A stretch of 64,000 nt of DNA, from assembly GCA_000708835.1 (NCBI GenBank), contig DF236957.1, forward strand, positions 186,001 through 250,000. The letters are read 5' to 3'. This DNA is from Klebsormidium nitens (taxonomy: Eukaryota; Plantae; Klebsormidiophyceae). Positions 11,169 to 24,810 of this stretch are shown here, in pieces. The notes under the pieces are model-generated. The model did not search any database. It was given only the letters and a program-made list of their open reading frames with translations, and was not told where the DNA came from. The first letter of the stretch is position 1. Each line of letters opens with the position of its first letter. A program made the translations under genes and the position numbers.

Positions 11169-14059
11169 GAGAGTGTAAAGGGCTGAGAAGGTCTACGTCT
11201 TTCGAAAAGGAAGAGGTATCTTTCAACGAACTTATGATCACTTTCGAGAAAGCTTATGTTTAGCTTAGCATTGGTCCAATAACGAGTCGCACCGCGTCAC
11301 GCATTAGCGTCTAGCAAAAGAGACTTTATAAAAAAAAAACTTACGAGGTAGTCGCATCAGCGTCTAGTAAGATACCTTAAACATTTTTCTTACAAGATAG
11401 TTCGAAGGCTATAAGTTCCTTAAGATTTTATTTTACGAGTCTCCAACTTTCACAAAGCGCAATATTGATTAAATAGTCTCAATGGTCGGCTTCTTGTAAC
11501 CTCGTATAAATCAGCTAGTGTGGCCATAGGCTCCCCTCGACATACCTAAATGTATGAGTCTGCTAAAACTGTCAACAAGGAGTTTTTTCTGCGTTACATG
11601 ATTTCCGAGGCTCAATCCAGCTCATATATGTCGAGAGGCTACGTCTCTCCGATCTGCAAACTTTCCTTGTACACCATACGCCGCCGGCTCGTCGTACACA
11701 ATCCGACTGTCAACGACATATGCAGCCCCCAACCTGCCATGAAACGCAGGCTTGAGGCTTTTAGCTAGCAGAGCCTGGGTGCCCCTGTAGCGGACAGCTG
11801 GCCAACTTGTGATATTCTGTTCCCAACGCCTGGCTCGATGCAAGCTGCATCCATTTGGCGCTCTCTGCGAGCTTTGCCACATTTGAGGCTTTCTGCAAGC
11901 TCCGCACACTTTCGGCACTCTCTGCGAGTCTCTAGCCACATGCATCGCTTTTGCAGCGTCGCTCAATATCTGGCGCTCTTGGCCCGATAGAATTCTTGCT
12001 TTCACCATATTTATTGTGGACTCTTGGTATCCGCATGTGCATGGGGCTTGTTGCGCCTGTCAGTGAAGCTATGTGCACGGCAATGCACCGAGTACCTTTT
12101 CCCTCTCCCCAAAAAACCGGACGCAGCAAAACAGGGCGTACCGGGGAAAGGGTTTTTAACGGCTCATCGTTGTGTCCTATGCCATGCAACAGCAGGGATG
12201 ACAAGCTATTTGCTGTGAACATGTTCGGGTAATCCGAGATGCCACCACCCAAACGTTAAGCCCAGTTGGTGACGCCGTGATGCACAAATCTTCCTCAGAC
12301 CTGGCGACCCGGCCAGCTGGCTACCATCCTCCCCCAAAGAGGCTTGGTGGTTGACCTAACCCGGCGGGTTGATGCATCACGTGCATGCATCCTTCCCGGC
12401 TCTTGCTTGTACACCAATCTGATGCAAGTTTTTATAAAATCGACCGGAAGAGGAGCTCTACCATGTCAACAAAGCCGGGGAACGTCAACAAGTGACTATA
12501 CAAGGCTGTCAATGGACCAAGATTCAAGACCGATGCTTGCCTATAATCTAGTCGTCCACAGCGTACAGTCATAGCCTTTTGTATTGCTCTAGCCTAAGCC
12601 TGTCAAGTCGCAGGATTGCTACAATTTGGTAGTAGCTTACTATTCCATAATAATAGACAATTGCTGGTGATTCTTTTAGCGTGCTTACTTAGGCTAGCAA
12701 TGCACAAAACTTGAGTTGATCGTTCATGCTACCATGATAGGGTTGAGGCATAGGCATAGGTAGAGTAGCTTCTTGACTGTCGAACTTGCATTGATTGTGT
12801 ACTTGCACTTCCAGGTCCATGGCTTAACCGCTACGGCCTTATAAAAGAAATATACATGATCCGGACATGCGGCTCGAATCAATCTGAGCCGCCATTATCA
12901 TGTCATCGTGTCATCGGACTCCGGGACGGGTCTTCATTTCGCCCACAAAGGAGTGTCGATCTTCCTCCACACCTTCATAAGCCAAAGGACCCCCCCGACC
13001 TGTTGCTGGAACGCGTTACGGCGTTCTGTAACCCGAGTGGGGGCAGGGTGAGCGGAATCACGCCCATTTGCGGCGGCCCACGTCTGCACGTCGAGGGCTC
13101 GCCCGCCCCAAGCTGGGAATCGGCAGCGTCGCCCTCCGGAGGGGGGGTGCCGTGGTCGGTGAAGAAGGGGGAACCGCACGAGGCAGGTGACTGAGCACTG
13201 CAAACTCCTCGTTCTCAGCAGTGGGGGGAAGACGAGCCTGATCGATAGGAGGTGGATCACTGGCGCGGACAGGAGCGGGGGAACCCTCACCCATTTGACC
13301 AAAACCTTTTTGAAATTTGCACCTCAGGGGGAAATGCAATTTGGCAAAGTTCTGGGGTTCACTTCATCAGGGGGAATTGCAACCGCAGCTACACTTCAGC
13401 TGGTGCGTAAGCTTGCTGGATTGAGCACGCATTGCCATCGCTGCTCTCACCAAAACCTTCGGAGCAAATGCGGTGTTTAATTGCAAAATCCATGATGCAG
13501 AGAGTGACTTTCTTCAATGTGCAATGCTGCAAGGAATTGCGACCGAACCTAGGCAGTTGCACCAGTTGCCATGTTCAGAACGCGCTCTCCCTCGTACAAT
13601 GCTGCTGCCTCGATCCGTGCGCGCCCGAGACGGAGCATGGCTTGCATCACTTTCAAAGATTGAGTAGCAACCTGGCCACCTTTTGTCAGCTTAGCAAGGA
13701 CTGGGGTGCAAGAGGCAGAAGTTGTAGTGCGGCTCTGCAAGCCCCCACTCGAAAACGCACGCACTCGAAAATCTCAGTTCAAACACTGCGCTTGTACTTG
13801 ATACAGGCTAAAGTAGCAACGTAGAGAAAGATCAAGACATGAAATGTACAAGAGAAACAAGAAAGTGTGATGCAAGAAAAGATTCTCGTTACACCACCGC
13901 AGCATCGATCTAGCAGGAAAGGGCAGTAGCCCAAACCTGCACTTCTGCCTGCAACCTTTTCCCATCCACTTTGCAGATTGAACGTTGTGTTATGTCAGAT
14001 TGCCCTCTGCGCATCAGAGACGTTGCTAGCCTGAGCTGACGCCAAAGGAGGGAGGCAGC

Positions 14060-17000
14060 ATGGCTGGTCTTGTACTCCAGCTCTGCCCTTGGCAAAGCGG
14101 CAGAGAGCTTGTCAATATCCATCCAGTCACAGCCGCACTTCGCAATGGCTCACCAGTCGCCCCAAATCCCAGCAGCAGAGTGATGCTTGACTGTACAATC
14201 TCCGCTCCCCATCACTCATTCCTCTTGCAGAGCGCAGTCAATGTCAGCTTAAGGAAAACCCTTCCAAAGCGCAGCCAAGCACCCAGATTCCAACTAAGTT
14301 CTTCCCAATGTACAGCCTTCCCTCCGTGTCAACGCTCTTTCACACCCCCACGATCAGATCAAGGTTCACTTGTACCCGCCTTGCCCCGTCCCCACACCCT
14401 GCACATACCAGGTTTGCTTTTGACCACAACCTTAACCAGCCGGTTAAGCAGAGCTTACCCCCCGGCTCAAAGGTGCGCTAGCGAGGGCCGAGCGCCGATG
14501 CAGACCGCCCCAGCTTTTGAGGACGACGAGAACGAGGATGAGGAGATGCAGGTGATCGCTGTTGCGAGCACGGAGTATAACGAGATCGTGGTGTTGCGGA
14601 TCCCCGAGAAGACGGACCATCCGTACGCTGGAGCCAAAGTTCTTCTATTAGATCTGACAGGTGAGGATTTTGTGTTTTTCCTCCAATAAAAGATCCAGTT
14701 GGTATATTCTTCTCCGTGTGCAGAGTTCCTGTGGTGAATGCGGACTGCTTCTGGCCCTGTCGCTCGTTAACAAACAGTCAGCTAAGGTTCCGGCCAAAGC
14801 AGGAACCAGAGAAGCAACGCAAACAGCATTCTGGAAGAAGGTCATTAAACATATCCCATGCTCTCGAAACGGCCCTGAAAAGCCTTTGTGAATGGGAATT
14901 GTACTTTGCTGGCAAAGACGGCAGCACTTACTTTTCCCTCCAAGGTAGCTTCGCATCGGGAATGTGGCCTTCAATTGCCCTTGATAGTCTCTCCGTTCCC
15001 AACACAGGCCCCCAAGTGAAGAATCATGCGACGAACACTTGTGCTTGCAAAAAAATGGAAATATAGAAATAGAAATGGTCCTATCCAAATCCCAGGACCC
15101 TGGTCGACAAGTCTGTGCGGAAACCCCTGTAAGATGTCATTTCGTATCAGGAGGATCACCCTTGGCTTAAACTGCCAGCTCGGATCTCCTCTTTACCAAT
15201 TTTTGTAAGAGCACCTTCCGCTCCTTGTGAATCGATAGGGAGGTCGGATCTAAGATACTGGACCCCTGACGAGAAAATATGGTTAGTCGGGAGTCCCGAA
15301 CCGTGAAAACCCAGCTTTCGGGGGTCCCGAAAGGTCGTCAAGACTGTTTCTTCGGTGCTCCCCGAGCAAGTTCGAGACTACCGAACGATTCTAGCACCGC
15401 ACCAGAGGTTCTCCGGTAGTTGATGGCAATGGACAAGACCTCACAACATTTACTGACCCGCCAGCCATCAAGGAGGGAGGTTACACTTTTCATGCAAAAA
15501 ACAGCTGTTCGAAGTTTTCATTTGGTGGTGCAGGTAACATCCACAGCATGTTGTGGGAGGGCCATGCCTGGACATACTCCTATTGGGTACGCATCGTTAC
15601 CTTGCAAAGAAAAGCTGTTACTAAGAATCTTGCCATCCCAATTAAGTGCTGCCTACAGCAAGTATGAACGTTGTTGTGCTACATGTTGCTGATGCGTTAA
15701 GATCACCCTCCTTTTTGAAGGATTTGCAACCCTCGAACCATCATGTTAAAAGCCGTACCGTACGAGACCCTGTACCGGCTCACCTTCTTTTTTTAGCGCT
15801 TATTTGCAATGCTGTGCTCAAATTCGTATCATTTGAAGCACAGCTTTTTGCACATATCCGGTTCTCATAAAGCGCATTGAGGGCAACATTCGGATTTTGA
15901 TCTGACCCTCAGACGGTCCTTGTAGCCCAGAAAACCTTCGATTTTGGCGAAAAGATCACAAAATTTTGAGCGATCAGCAAACGTTGCAGACTGGAGCAAG
16001 ATAACGAAAATATCGATCCACTTCTAGCTCGCCCCGATCCACTTCTGGTGCCGATTCGGTTCTGGGGTTCGTACGGTAAGGGCGTTCTCGTCGTCCTGAC
16101 AACGATAAGCGCCTTCTTTAGCGCGGTCAACTCATTCTGGTCCACTATCCACTGCCTTGCAACTTCCACCGAGTGTCCTTCAAACCGAGGAAAGTCGTTT
16201 CAGGTCCCGAGCCTATACAATGGTCGTCGCTCACAAGCGATTGTTGCTTTTTCAGGACGAGTTTGTTGCGCTCCCGCCAGTCATTCCCGAAGGACCCGTG
16301 GGCTTCCTCGGTTTGGTGAGAGGTCTGCTTTGCGTTCAACCTCAGAACTCCGTCTGAGACCAAGCGTTTCATTGAGCTGAAGCTTACCCGGACACAAGCT
16401 TCCCAAGCAGTTTCTCATAACCGTCTCCTGGTTTGGGAATCCTCGTCCAGATGCCAGAGGTTCTCTCGCAGCGCTCTTTGACCCTCGCAGGTTTCTGTGT
16501 ATCTTTCTACGTTGTTATCTGTTCAATCAATTCTCGAGGGCACGTGCGGAGTGTTGATTAGGACAAGGATCGAACCTGCGACGGACTTTCTGCTTCCTCT
16601 TCTTCTCCACTGCGACGCTGTCCACAGAACTGCTCTCAGGAAGAAAGGCCCCGGCAGCTCTTTGTGGGGCATCAATCGTCCGCGAGCATGTAATCTGAAG
16701 CTGGAAAAAAGATCGTCACAACTATTGAGAAATCAAAACGAACAGTTGAAACAATCAGGACGGTCTAATTGATCAAAGCGGTTGACCGGTTTTTGTTGTA
16801 CTGCTGATCTCGAACGGTTCGACGCTCTTGCAGGCGGGCGGAACAGGCCCCGCGCTCTACCGGCGACAATGGCCGGCGCTTCAAGTGGAGGGGTGGGAGA
16901 TTGACGGGGAGGTAAGGATACTTTTTCTAAAGGTTACGATCTTAGCCGGATCATTCGTTGTTTTACCCGTCTTTAAAGTTGTGTCCTTATTTTTTCGACA

Positions 17001-19374
17001 ACAGGTGACCAAGAGCTCGGGCCTTTCGCCCGTCTTACAAGCATGATAGCTTGACTGTTGTTTGTCGTTCACAGCGTAGTTTCCTCTCGCTTCAACGTTG
17101 TCCAAGGGCGAAGTGACTGAAAGGTGTGCGCCAACTTTTTGCCACTATTATCTGTCTGCGAAAGACACGTGGACCGTTGTACGCGTCATCTTGCCACCTG
17201 TAATGTCTTCTTGATGAATGCGCGCGAAGCCATTTTCTCACTGGGCCGAAACGCTGTACGAATGAAGAAAAGAATTCAGTGGGCTCCCACTCACTCACCA
17301 GAGACTCCTCTGAGTTCAGAAATAACGTGCTTGCTTTCTTCCTCCGAAAAGGTGGTCCGACTTGCACGCGAGCATCTTGGCCTCGCTGATCTCGAGAGGC
17401 CCACCGAAGAGGGGGGGCGGCTAGTGGTCAACGTAGGTGACGCGCTTGCGCCTGAAGCGAGCGTCGAAGGGGGTTTTGCAGGTACGAAACTGATCATTAC
17501 TGTTCAGATTTTGTTGCATCTTGCTTTCCGATGATGTCATCTGAAAGAGGGTGACGTGTACCTGGGCACTTGACTAAAAAGTATAGTGCCAGTTCGGGTT
17601 TCGCGAGTGCTAAACTACAAAAGTCTGGAAGTGTCAAGTCTTCGAGCACTTTCCCCTTGCTGATCGACAGGGGAAGATCGCAGACTCGAGCTGGGCAAGA
17701 GAATGTTACTGTGCAACTTTAACCACAAGAACGTCAGTACGTAGAGTGGGATAGCGCTCGGGCAGATCAGGTGATGTTTTCAGATGGGGATTGAGCCGCA
17801 TGTCGGAAATGATAAGGCCCGAGAACAGGTAGACTGGACTCAACGAAGCGTTAGAAAAGTCCTAGATTTCACGCACGTAGAAAAGGTTGACCGAGAATCA
17901 TCGTGCCCTTTTCAGAAGTACAAAGTAGGACTCACTTCGCAACGTGAGCGCTCCAGCCTACCTCGAGCGTCGAAAATTTGCAGCCCCTTAAAGCTTTCGA
18001 GTTAACTCAAGACTCGTCTTCATCTGGCTAGATTTGGCTTGCAGGCCTCGTTGTGGATCTCTTCAGCCATGGCACGGCCCTTCCGGAGCTTTGGGAGGTG
18101 AGGGACAAGGCCTTTGCTTGGTTTGGGCACCTGTTTCGTTGCCTGAGAACGATTCTTAAACCTAATTCTCACATCTCGTGTTCGTCGTGACAATTTCCCG
18201 AGTGTGTAACCTACCCACCCAAAGTTGTTCGATGCTGACCTCCTTCTGAGAGTGCCTCTGCCTGGCCGTCTCTAGAGGGCTCTTTAAAGGTCGCAGAATT
18301 CGAACCGGTTGCTCTTCACTGACTCAATCGCTGAGATTCGCCTTACTATTGCATGACGCGTTGTCCAAAACTGACGCCGTGCTGACTCAGCAAGCTTCAC
18401 TTCTCAGGCTGACACGTGGCGGGATCTGAAGGCAAAGCTGCGCCCCGGGGGCCGCATCCTCGTGAACGTCGGGTCCGCGTCGACGGGACTGCAAGGAAAC
18501 GCCAGTGATGACGTCACTGAATTTTCGCGTGGTGCTGGTCAACCGGGCCGACTAGTGCTCGAGGCGATGCAGGAGGTGTGGCCCGGAGAGGTGAGCCTTC
18601 AGCTGTAGGATTTACCTTAAAAGTCTTTCGCACTTGGTGTTTCGAATATTCTTCCTTTGTGCTCCTTGCTTGTCGTTCCAAGCAACTAGCCTCAGATGTA
18701 GGTGCGTGTGAATAAACCGGTTGTGATCAATCCTGCTCGAGTACACTTTAGGCAAAACAACCAAGCGTGGTTGCTTATTCTACACCTTCTCCTTAATTTA
18801 AGCAATACTGCTAAGACCTCCATCTTGGACAGCGTGCAGTGGCAAACCTAGGTTACCTCCTGTCCATTCGTGGGTGTGTATGGTCAGGTTCATACTACAT
18901 CTAAAACGTCGCACCGTGCTCTTTAGGGAAGCTCTGCGTAGCCCAATGGCACTCAACGCACTCTATGGCACGTTTCGTGAGAGGAATTTCAAAAGGAGAA
19001 TCGTCAAGGCGTACTCCTCAAAATGTCACTGAATACACTGTCGACAAAAGTCCAGAGCTTAACCCAGTTATAGCGTGGGTGCTCTAGATGTTATCTGGTC
19101 GGATCGGAGCGGCTGATTGCTGCGAATGCAAGTTCCATTTTCCCGCGCTTGAATACAGCGCTGCCGAGAAATGTGAATAGTTCTCCCTCAAAGCCTTGAC
19201 CGGATCACTCTCCTTATTGTACAGTTGCTGGTACGACGGTTAGACACCCTCTCAGACAACGTGGTCGCTCTGACGGGGCCTCTTCCAGACCTGGACCGGT
19301 GGGCGGCGGCGGTTCCGCCCAATCTAGCGAAGGGAGTGAAGGAGTTCAAGTTGCTGGAAGCTCTTGGCTCGTAG
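14060..19374 (+). CDS. Class I SAM-dependent methyltransferase, spermidine-synthase-like, plant uncharacterised family; probable N-terminal organellar transit peptide
   Basis: Exons 14060-14660 (start uncertain), 15534-15586, 16256-16315, 16834-16911, 17352-17481, 18045-18097, 18408-18590, 19225-19374 total 1308 nt with consistent phases. Motifs: STEYNEIVVL, LLLDLTGNIHS, YWDEFVALP, FLGLAGGT (SAM motif I), EGWEID, VNVGDAL, VVDLF, LRPGGRILVN, ALTGPLPDL. Resembles Arabidopsis At5g63100-type proteins (from memory). Confidence 0.85.
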
Positions 19375-20337
19375 AGGGGGAACGGAAACATCGAAAGGCT
19401 CGGGCTCGAACTGAACTGCTCAAGAATCAGGGAAGAAGAAGCAATCAGACTGATTGGACGTACGCAAATGAACAGCCACGAATATAATAGCCAAGGACCT
19501 GCTTAATTAGCGTGCGAAAGAGTGCATGAGATTGGATGACAAGTGCACAACGTCCTTTCCTACCGTTTTCCGATGCCGGGGATCGACCTACTTCTCCGGG
19601 CGCGATGCCAAAGGGGACACCATAAGGACGATTCAGGTGCAATCCGAAGCTAGCAAAGTCAAGGTTCACGATTACTTTGCTTTCGTGGATCTATGCGCGC
19701 TAGCTACCTTATATGAACTTAATGATTGACATACAAATGAAAACCTTCGCAATCTGACTCAGTGATCCTCCAATCTGATTCAGTCTTCGTCAAAGTCATG
19801 ATCCGTTTGGTTTTGTTGGAGCCATCAAACACGGACGCGTAAATTCAAGTCGGCATGCAGCAGTATATATTCGATCAGTTTATGTACTGCACATGAATGT
19901 CTGTATATGCCGAGCAAGGGGTAATGATGCCCTTCATCTGAACGACATATGCGAGGTCAGAGTGGCGCGTCTTTTGATCAGCGCCACGCGTCCTACAATT
20001 TTGCAAATTTTGTAGCACCGGAAGCACTCTAATATGAAGTGCCATGTGCGCGCCAATGAGTACTGATACGATCGACCATGATTTTAGGCGTTGAAAGCAC
20101 CATCATTTGCATGCTCACAGCTGTCCCGTGCTCTCATATCTGTCCCATGTTCTCATTTATATCTCTGAATTTGTCGCAAAAGGGAAAGGAGGATGAGATA
20201 CGGCCGGAGTCATTTGCGAAAGACACGCACTACTTGATAAGCGGCAAAGCGTCTAGGGCCGGCATGTTCGACGACTGAAAGTGCACAAAAGTGAAGCTCT
20301 CAGACTAAGTTGAGGAAAGTAAAGCGGCGGTCTCTCC

Positions 20338-21318
20338 TTATTGCTTCAATCGAGACACTAGCAGAGAAAGTACTTCCTCAGCAATCTCTGTGTCCTTCTC
20401 GCCGTTTGCGGCTTCCAGCAGATACCCTGTCCGGAAGTCGTCCCAGTATTCGTGGCCGGGCCTTGGATAGTAAGGATCATTTGCCAGGAAACTATCGACC
20501 AAGTCCTGAGCCGACTTCCAAGTCCGGAGCTGGTTGAAGTCAAAGCAGTAAAACCCAATCTTTCGGAGGGGGTTGCTCTGGTGTCCTCCCAGAACGAACT
20601 CAATGTCCCTACCGTCGAATCCAGCTTTGAAATGGATCCTTGACAGCAGCCGCCCCATATCCCGCGCAATCTCCGCGATTGGAACCCCCACCTCTAGTTG
20701 CGATAACCGGTTTGCATCAAGGGGGAAGTTCAGAGGGTTGAAGAAGCGCTTTGGCTCTGTGCAGTCCTTTCCCAGGTAGATCCTTGCCACGAAGCTCTGC
20801 TTGTTGTCCTTAAAACCGGCGGGAAAGAAGCCTTCACGAATTTTAGAAGCTAGGGGGGGAGGCACAGGCCACGCGCGCTCCATGGAATACACCCCCGAAG
20901 GATTCATGCTGGCATCCTCTAGGTAGCCCTCTTGAAGTCCCATAGTATCACTGAACTCACTGTAGCTGGGAAAGTGCTCCATTGCTTTTGGGACCTTGAA
21001 AAGCAGCTCGTTTCCAACCTGGGGATACAAAGCCTGCAGACGGTTGTACTCCCGGAGCAACACGTCATTCTGCAACGGTTCTGCCACCTTCTTGAGCACC
21101 ACAGAATTGTAGCTCTGCCAGACATATGCAGTAGCAAAGCTGCCCGCGCCCACTCTCACAATGCTCACTTCCTCTGCGCTCATTGGTTCTTCCTTCAGGA
21201 TTCGCCGATCGAGCTTGGAATGACAGGGCCGAATGGTGCCACCAGCACTGTCAGCAGACCTGAGCAGAGGCTGAAGGGGGCTAAAGCATGCAGGGGAGCC
21301 TCGTAGACGCTCAGCCAC
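20338..21318 (-). CDS. Intronless protein-kinase-like protein resembling fungal DUF3669-annotated proteins
   Basis: 326-aa ORF; a likely ATG start is at 21183 (MSAEEV). It has a Gly-loop VGAGSFA, VVLKK, RIYLGK, NFPL, IHFKAGFDGRDIEFVLG, FDFNQ (DFG position) and NDPYYPRP followed by WDDFRTGYL. Confidence 0.75.
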   Translation of the reverse strand: MAERLRGSPACFSPLQPLLRSADSAGGTIRPCHSKLDRRILKEEPMSAEEVSIVRVGAGSFATAYVWQSYNSVVLKKVAEPLQNDVLLREYNRLQALYPQVGNELLFKVPKAMEHFPSYSEFSDTMGLQEGYLEDASMNPSGVYSMERAWPVPPPLASKIREGFFPAGFKDNKQSFVARIYLGKDCTEPKRFFNPLNFPLDANRLSQLEVGVPIAEIARDMGRLLSRIHFKAGFDGRDIEFVLGGHQSNPLRKIGFYCFDFNQLRTWKSAQDLVDSFLANDPYYPRPGHEYWDDFRTGYLLEAANGEKDTEIAEEVLSLLVSRLKQ

Positions 21319-22570
21319 ACTACAGAGGACGTTCTCTGACCCTGCTCGTCACCTCTTATGTGGTGAGGCACCCGTGCGTCCGTGCGCTTCCTTAATCCAG
21401 GCAGCGTGTCTCATGTATTCCCCAGCTGCTAGCTGCGGAGCAAGTAAAGCAATGATGCGGCGTATAATATGGGAAATTGTCCTGAGCGAGACACAAGCGT
21501 CAAATAATGTGACACATTTAGGGCTCAGCCTGAGTGCAAACTTGTCTTTCTCGTTGATGAATCTCTCTCACGCGCCGGTCGACATCTGCTCTCTTCACGG
21601 TTTCTGCACCCATTGCAAGCCTCACTTATGTGGTGGTCCAGACTTAACGGAAGCCGCTGCAGCTAAACAAGGTAAAGTATAAGTCCAACCAGTGATAATG
21701 ATAAGCGTGCCGCCTATAATGACGACGGTATACGAACATACGAACGCGCCGTGCATGACGGCCCGTCACACTGCGGCTGCCAGCGCGGCCGCATCTCTAA
21801 AACCTAGCTCGAGGCTAAGTTTGTGAAACCTTTTGTGAGCGCCGATTCACACTTTGGTTTTGCCCGAAGCTGCCACGTCATCTCCAAATGTGGGGGCAAG
21901 CTAGGTGGGGCAAAACCAAAGCCTGAGGGTTTGCAAAAGCTGTTCGCAAGCAGCAAGGTCCAAGAGGAGCAACATGGCGGTCACAGCGTGCGCTTTGGAA
22001 AGGGGGGCGTGCCTCTCGATCGAATGTGCCCGGCCCGCCATCAGGGACAGATGTGCGTCGGCGCATTGTGCACCACTGGGCTTGCAAAGTGGCCTACGGA
22101 AGCAACGGTCTTCGGATTCCTCCAGTGAGTTGCTTCGAAGAACTTTGTGTTGCATACGGATGTTGCACTTGAAGGGTATGGTGCCTCATCTGATCACAGT
22201 ACGAGCTTGGGCTGCATGATCTTCATTAAGCAAATGTATTGTAACTCCGGCGCCGGTCTTCACAATGTGGCGGAATGAAAAAATACAGCACCCTCAGCTG
22301 ATGTGAAAACATTTCAAGCAGCGCAGTGAAAGTTTTTAATAAGAGCCCGGATCGGCGGTGTGTTAAGACGCGAGTGTTTGTGTTTCTACGATATAAGGAG
22401 CCTTGAGACGCTGCTTTGTCCTTCTACTGAATGGACAAGTGGTCCAGGAATGTCAGTGATAGTCTGGTGGATGGAAAGGCAGTGCTGAGCTAAAGGTTAA
22501 GCTTCTGACATCAGCAGCCAACAATAAGGGGCTCTCAAGGTGGTGTCATCAATGAAGTTGGGGGTCAGGA

Positions 22571-22579
22571 TTAGGGTTT
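22571..22579. promoter_or_regulatory. Possible telo-box (TTAGGGTTT) upstream of the bPH_2 gene
   Basis: Exact 9-mer about 650 bp upstream of the coding start. Sequence match only. Confidence 0.2.
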
Positions 22580-23223
22580 GGGGTTCGGTGGTTGGCGGTT
22601 GGCTTCCGGCGCCTCATGTGTGTTTCCTAAGATGGCCGCGTAGTGTTCTAGTACTTCTGCCTACTCCAAAGCTCAAATCTTTACTCTAACTGCACCCGGG
22701 CAGATATGTTCTAGAAGGCAGATGTGTAATCCTCTCTCGCTCATAACGAGTGCTGTCCCTCTTGGGTGGATATGATGCTGTAGTAGCCTCGCTGGATGAC
22801 AGACTGGACGCACTGGGGGAGTCTCCATTCCCCCTGCACTTGCAGACATACTATTCAGACTGCCAACGTCACCATTTCATCAGCAGATAACCTGCCAAGG
22901 TCCTCACAAACTTTTGCCTCACGAACGGACCCCCGCCTGCACAATAGATCCTGCTTTGCAATATTTGCCTTCCACTTGCTTTTTGTATTCTCTTTCAGCA
23001 TTTCAACAGCCAACTCACTCTTCGATTCTGCTCAATACAACCTACGACCTTTCTGCTCTTTTTAGAACTCGCTATCTTTTGAAATGATGAAAAGAAAGAT
23101 ATAGGCACCAGGGATTTCGGCCGCGACTCTGTGGCGCATTCGGGAGGGGTACGGAACCTCCCCTTGCTGTCTCCTAGCTCTATCTGCTCAATCCACAGCC
23201 CCTCAATCACTTCCCAAAGATTG

Positions 23224-24810
23224 ATGATGTTTCTTTTCCCTCCCCCAGGTCCTTCCATCTCATCCCACGTCGGTTTCGCCCGCACCACCACCCTTTCTCA
23301 AGTCTGCTCCCCCTCTAGCAGCACAAGCCAGCAATGGCTCAAAGCCACTGCACGCGCCAGGCAGACATCGAGGCTGTCTATGATGGCAAAAGAGCAGGTG
23401 TTTTTTGACGGGGGGCCGCACTGGGGCGACCTCGCAGTCAACCTCGTGTTTGGGATCTCGGTGCTGTGGTTGCCCCTCACGGTGGCCGCCGTCGCGAGGG
23501 GGCTGCTGGCCAGGTAAGGCTGACCCCCCTGGAAGAATACACCTACCTTCTTCGCCATTTCGCGACAGAGATTGTTGGAAGAGGTCACCTAGTCCCTGGT
23601 TGTTCCTACTTATAGACCAAACCGATTCGAGCTCGGCCGTTGTTGAAGAGAAGAGTAGGCGCGGTTTTCGTAACTCCTGGTTTTTGAATCACGGATTGAA
23701 GAGACAATAAATGCAAGAAGGGGGTTTCCAAGGAAGCTCGTACATGGCGAAATCAGCCGCAGCTCTTCTAAACCAGTGTTCAAAGGTTGATGGTTTTCCA
23801 GAGATGGTCCTTGTTGCCTGGGTTCTGTGGATTTCCGGACATAGGTGCGGCTGGTTATTCGGGTCACTAACCATTTCTTGGCTTTTCGAGATCGTTGTTG
23901 ATGCACACGCTTGGAAGTGCTTGTCGTCGCTTGGTTGTAGGCCACATCGTAGGCTGAAAGTTCTCATAAGGACAACGAAGGAGCTCGCCTGCTTGATTGG
24001 TTGTCCGGATTGGCATATGCATTGGCGTCCGACCACATATGCCAAGGCTTTACAATGGGATGACAAAGAGGTGAAAGGTGCCTTCTTCCTCTCAGTCGTC
24101 GCACTCAAAGCAGTGACCGCAGTGATCTTTCCCCGAGATTGGGCACCCGCTGCTTATTCGAACAGACTGTTTTAGGTGCGTGAATGCGTCGAGAGGATTC
24201 TGCGGGGGTATGTTGCTTTGTACTAACCGGTTCCAACAACACCACCTCGAGGGCGTATTGTAAAGGTTGCCTTTCTGGTTTCTCGGAAAGGGTGTAAAAA
24301 ACTTCTGAAGCTGCAGTCGTTCATAGAGCAGGCACAAATGAAGGTCCATTAACAGCAAAGCGTGCACGTTACGAACATGTTGCGAACGGTACGAACGTTT
24401 TCTGTCCCCTGATTAAGTGTAGTCTGTCCTTGCAGTCAGCAGAGCATGACCGCTCAACAACGGAAAGAGCATCAGTAGTCTCTTGGGGCACGTTTCACGA
24501 AGAAATGCAACACCCTGCTAACGCCCTTCTTTTCTGTTTGTGCAGGTACCGGTTCACCGACCAGCGGGTGACTATCATCGGAGGCCTTTCAGGGGAAGAC
24601 CGACGCGATTTCAGCTACAAAGACGTGAAAGACGTGAAGTATGTGCCTAGGTTCTTGGGCGACTGGGGAGACCTCGTCATCAGCTTGAACAACGGTGACC
24701 AGATCGAGTGCCAAAGGATACCCAAACATAAGGAGATTGCAGCGTTTGTCGAGAAGCAGGCTGCTGCCGCAAAGCCCGGAAACGTTGCTGCAGGGGCAAA
24801 GGGACAATAG
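23224..24810 (+). CDS. Small bPH_2 (DUF304) domain membrane protein of cyanobacterial type, with probable plastid transit peptide
   Basis: Exons 23224 (or acceptor at 23249)-23513 and 24546-24810. It reads KEQVFFDGGPHWGDLAVNLVFGISVLWLPLTVAAVAR, then RYRFTDQRVTIIGG...PRFLGDWGDLVISL, which matches the conserved cyanobacterial/plant PH-domain family from memory. The N-terminus is Ser/Thr/Arg-rich. Confidence 0.85.

Noticed and set aside
11285-11370. Two GTCGCA...AGCGTCTAG copies resembling Helitron 3' ends
   Set aside because: There is no convincing GC-rich hairpin before CTAG and no matching 5' TC end was found.
23711-24175. 154-aa ORF inside the bPH_2 intron
   Set aside because: It lies wholly within a well-defined GT-AG intron and has no recognisable motifs.
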